From positions 1-56,544 of the IMG/VR virus record IMGVR_UViG_3300027799_000001: 56,544 bases of DNA, one strand, 5' to 3'. Shown here piece by piece: positions 56,381-56,544 of the stretch. The DNA is from a virus. Lineage: Duplodnaviria > Caudoviricetes. Under the pieces are notes generated by a model. The model worked only from the letters and a program-made list of their open reading frames with translations, was not told the DNA's origin and searched no databases. Positions within the stretch are counted from its first letter, which is position 1; the number at the start of each line of letters is the position of its first letter. Made by a program: the position numbers and the translations under genes.

Positions 56381-56544
56381 TGCTTATATCTAAATCTACT
56401 CTTTTTTTCTGAGAATAAGTCAGATAATTATAAGCATCTTTATTCTGTAGTACTGCAGCAAGGCAAACCTTTGGCGTTTTTTGGCTTTCAGTTAAGTGCC
56501 AAATTGCGTTCCCATTTTGCTTAACAGCCTCAAGGCAAATCTTT
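56367..56544 (-). CDS. DUF4116-like repeat protein, copy I, 3' part
   Basis: ...VLQNKDAYNYLTYSQKKRVDLDISKTKE*, in frame with 1-624 across the overlap. Confidence 0.8.
   Translation of the reverse strand, partial: KICLEAVKQNGNAIWHLTESQKTPKVCLAAVLQNKDAYNYLTYSQKKRVDLDISKTKE
56454..56544. repeat. Terminal direct repeat, copy 2
   Basis: Identical to 1-91. Confidence 0.95.

Noticed and set aside
46789-56544. Diversity-generating retroelement behind the repeat-gene variation
   Set aside because: No reverse transcriptase ORF is recognisable; differences between copies are not confined to adenines and involve whole-module rearrangement
1-56544. Lysogeny module or site-specific invertase
   Set aside because: No tyrosine or serine recombinase, or CI-like repressor, recognised among the ORFs

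Overview
The window looks like a complete or nearly complete, AT-rich tailed dsDNA phage genome of about 56.5 kb; the last 91 nt repeat the first 91 nt, as expected for a circular assembly. It has an HK97-type head module (+ strand, 25.5-35 kb) and a long non-contractile-type tail module (- strand, 2.6-12.7 kb). It also encodes a glycosyltransferase/methyltransferase cluster, a Sak4-like recombinase with exonuclease and SSB, DnaB, DnaG, RNase HI, a sigma-like factor and a GH108 endolysin. I saw no integrase, repressor, DNA polymerase, reverse transcriptase, tRNA or CRISPR array. Two features stand out. (1) About ten paralogous genes built from a constant N-terminal domain, 3-8 variable 24-aa DUF4116-like modules and a C-cap lie in two inverted, convergent arrays. 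They share identical 40-163 nt tracts and show permuted module order, suggesting a recombination-driven repertoire of repeat proteins. (2) A ~440-nt GC-rich, highly base-paired non-coding element containing a G8-ATA-G9 tract lies between dnaB and RNase HI, suggesting a structured RNA and possibly an R-loop-primed origin. All family calls come from motif recognition by eye; no searches were run.
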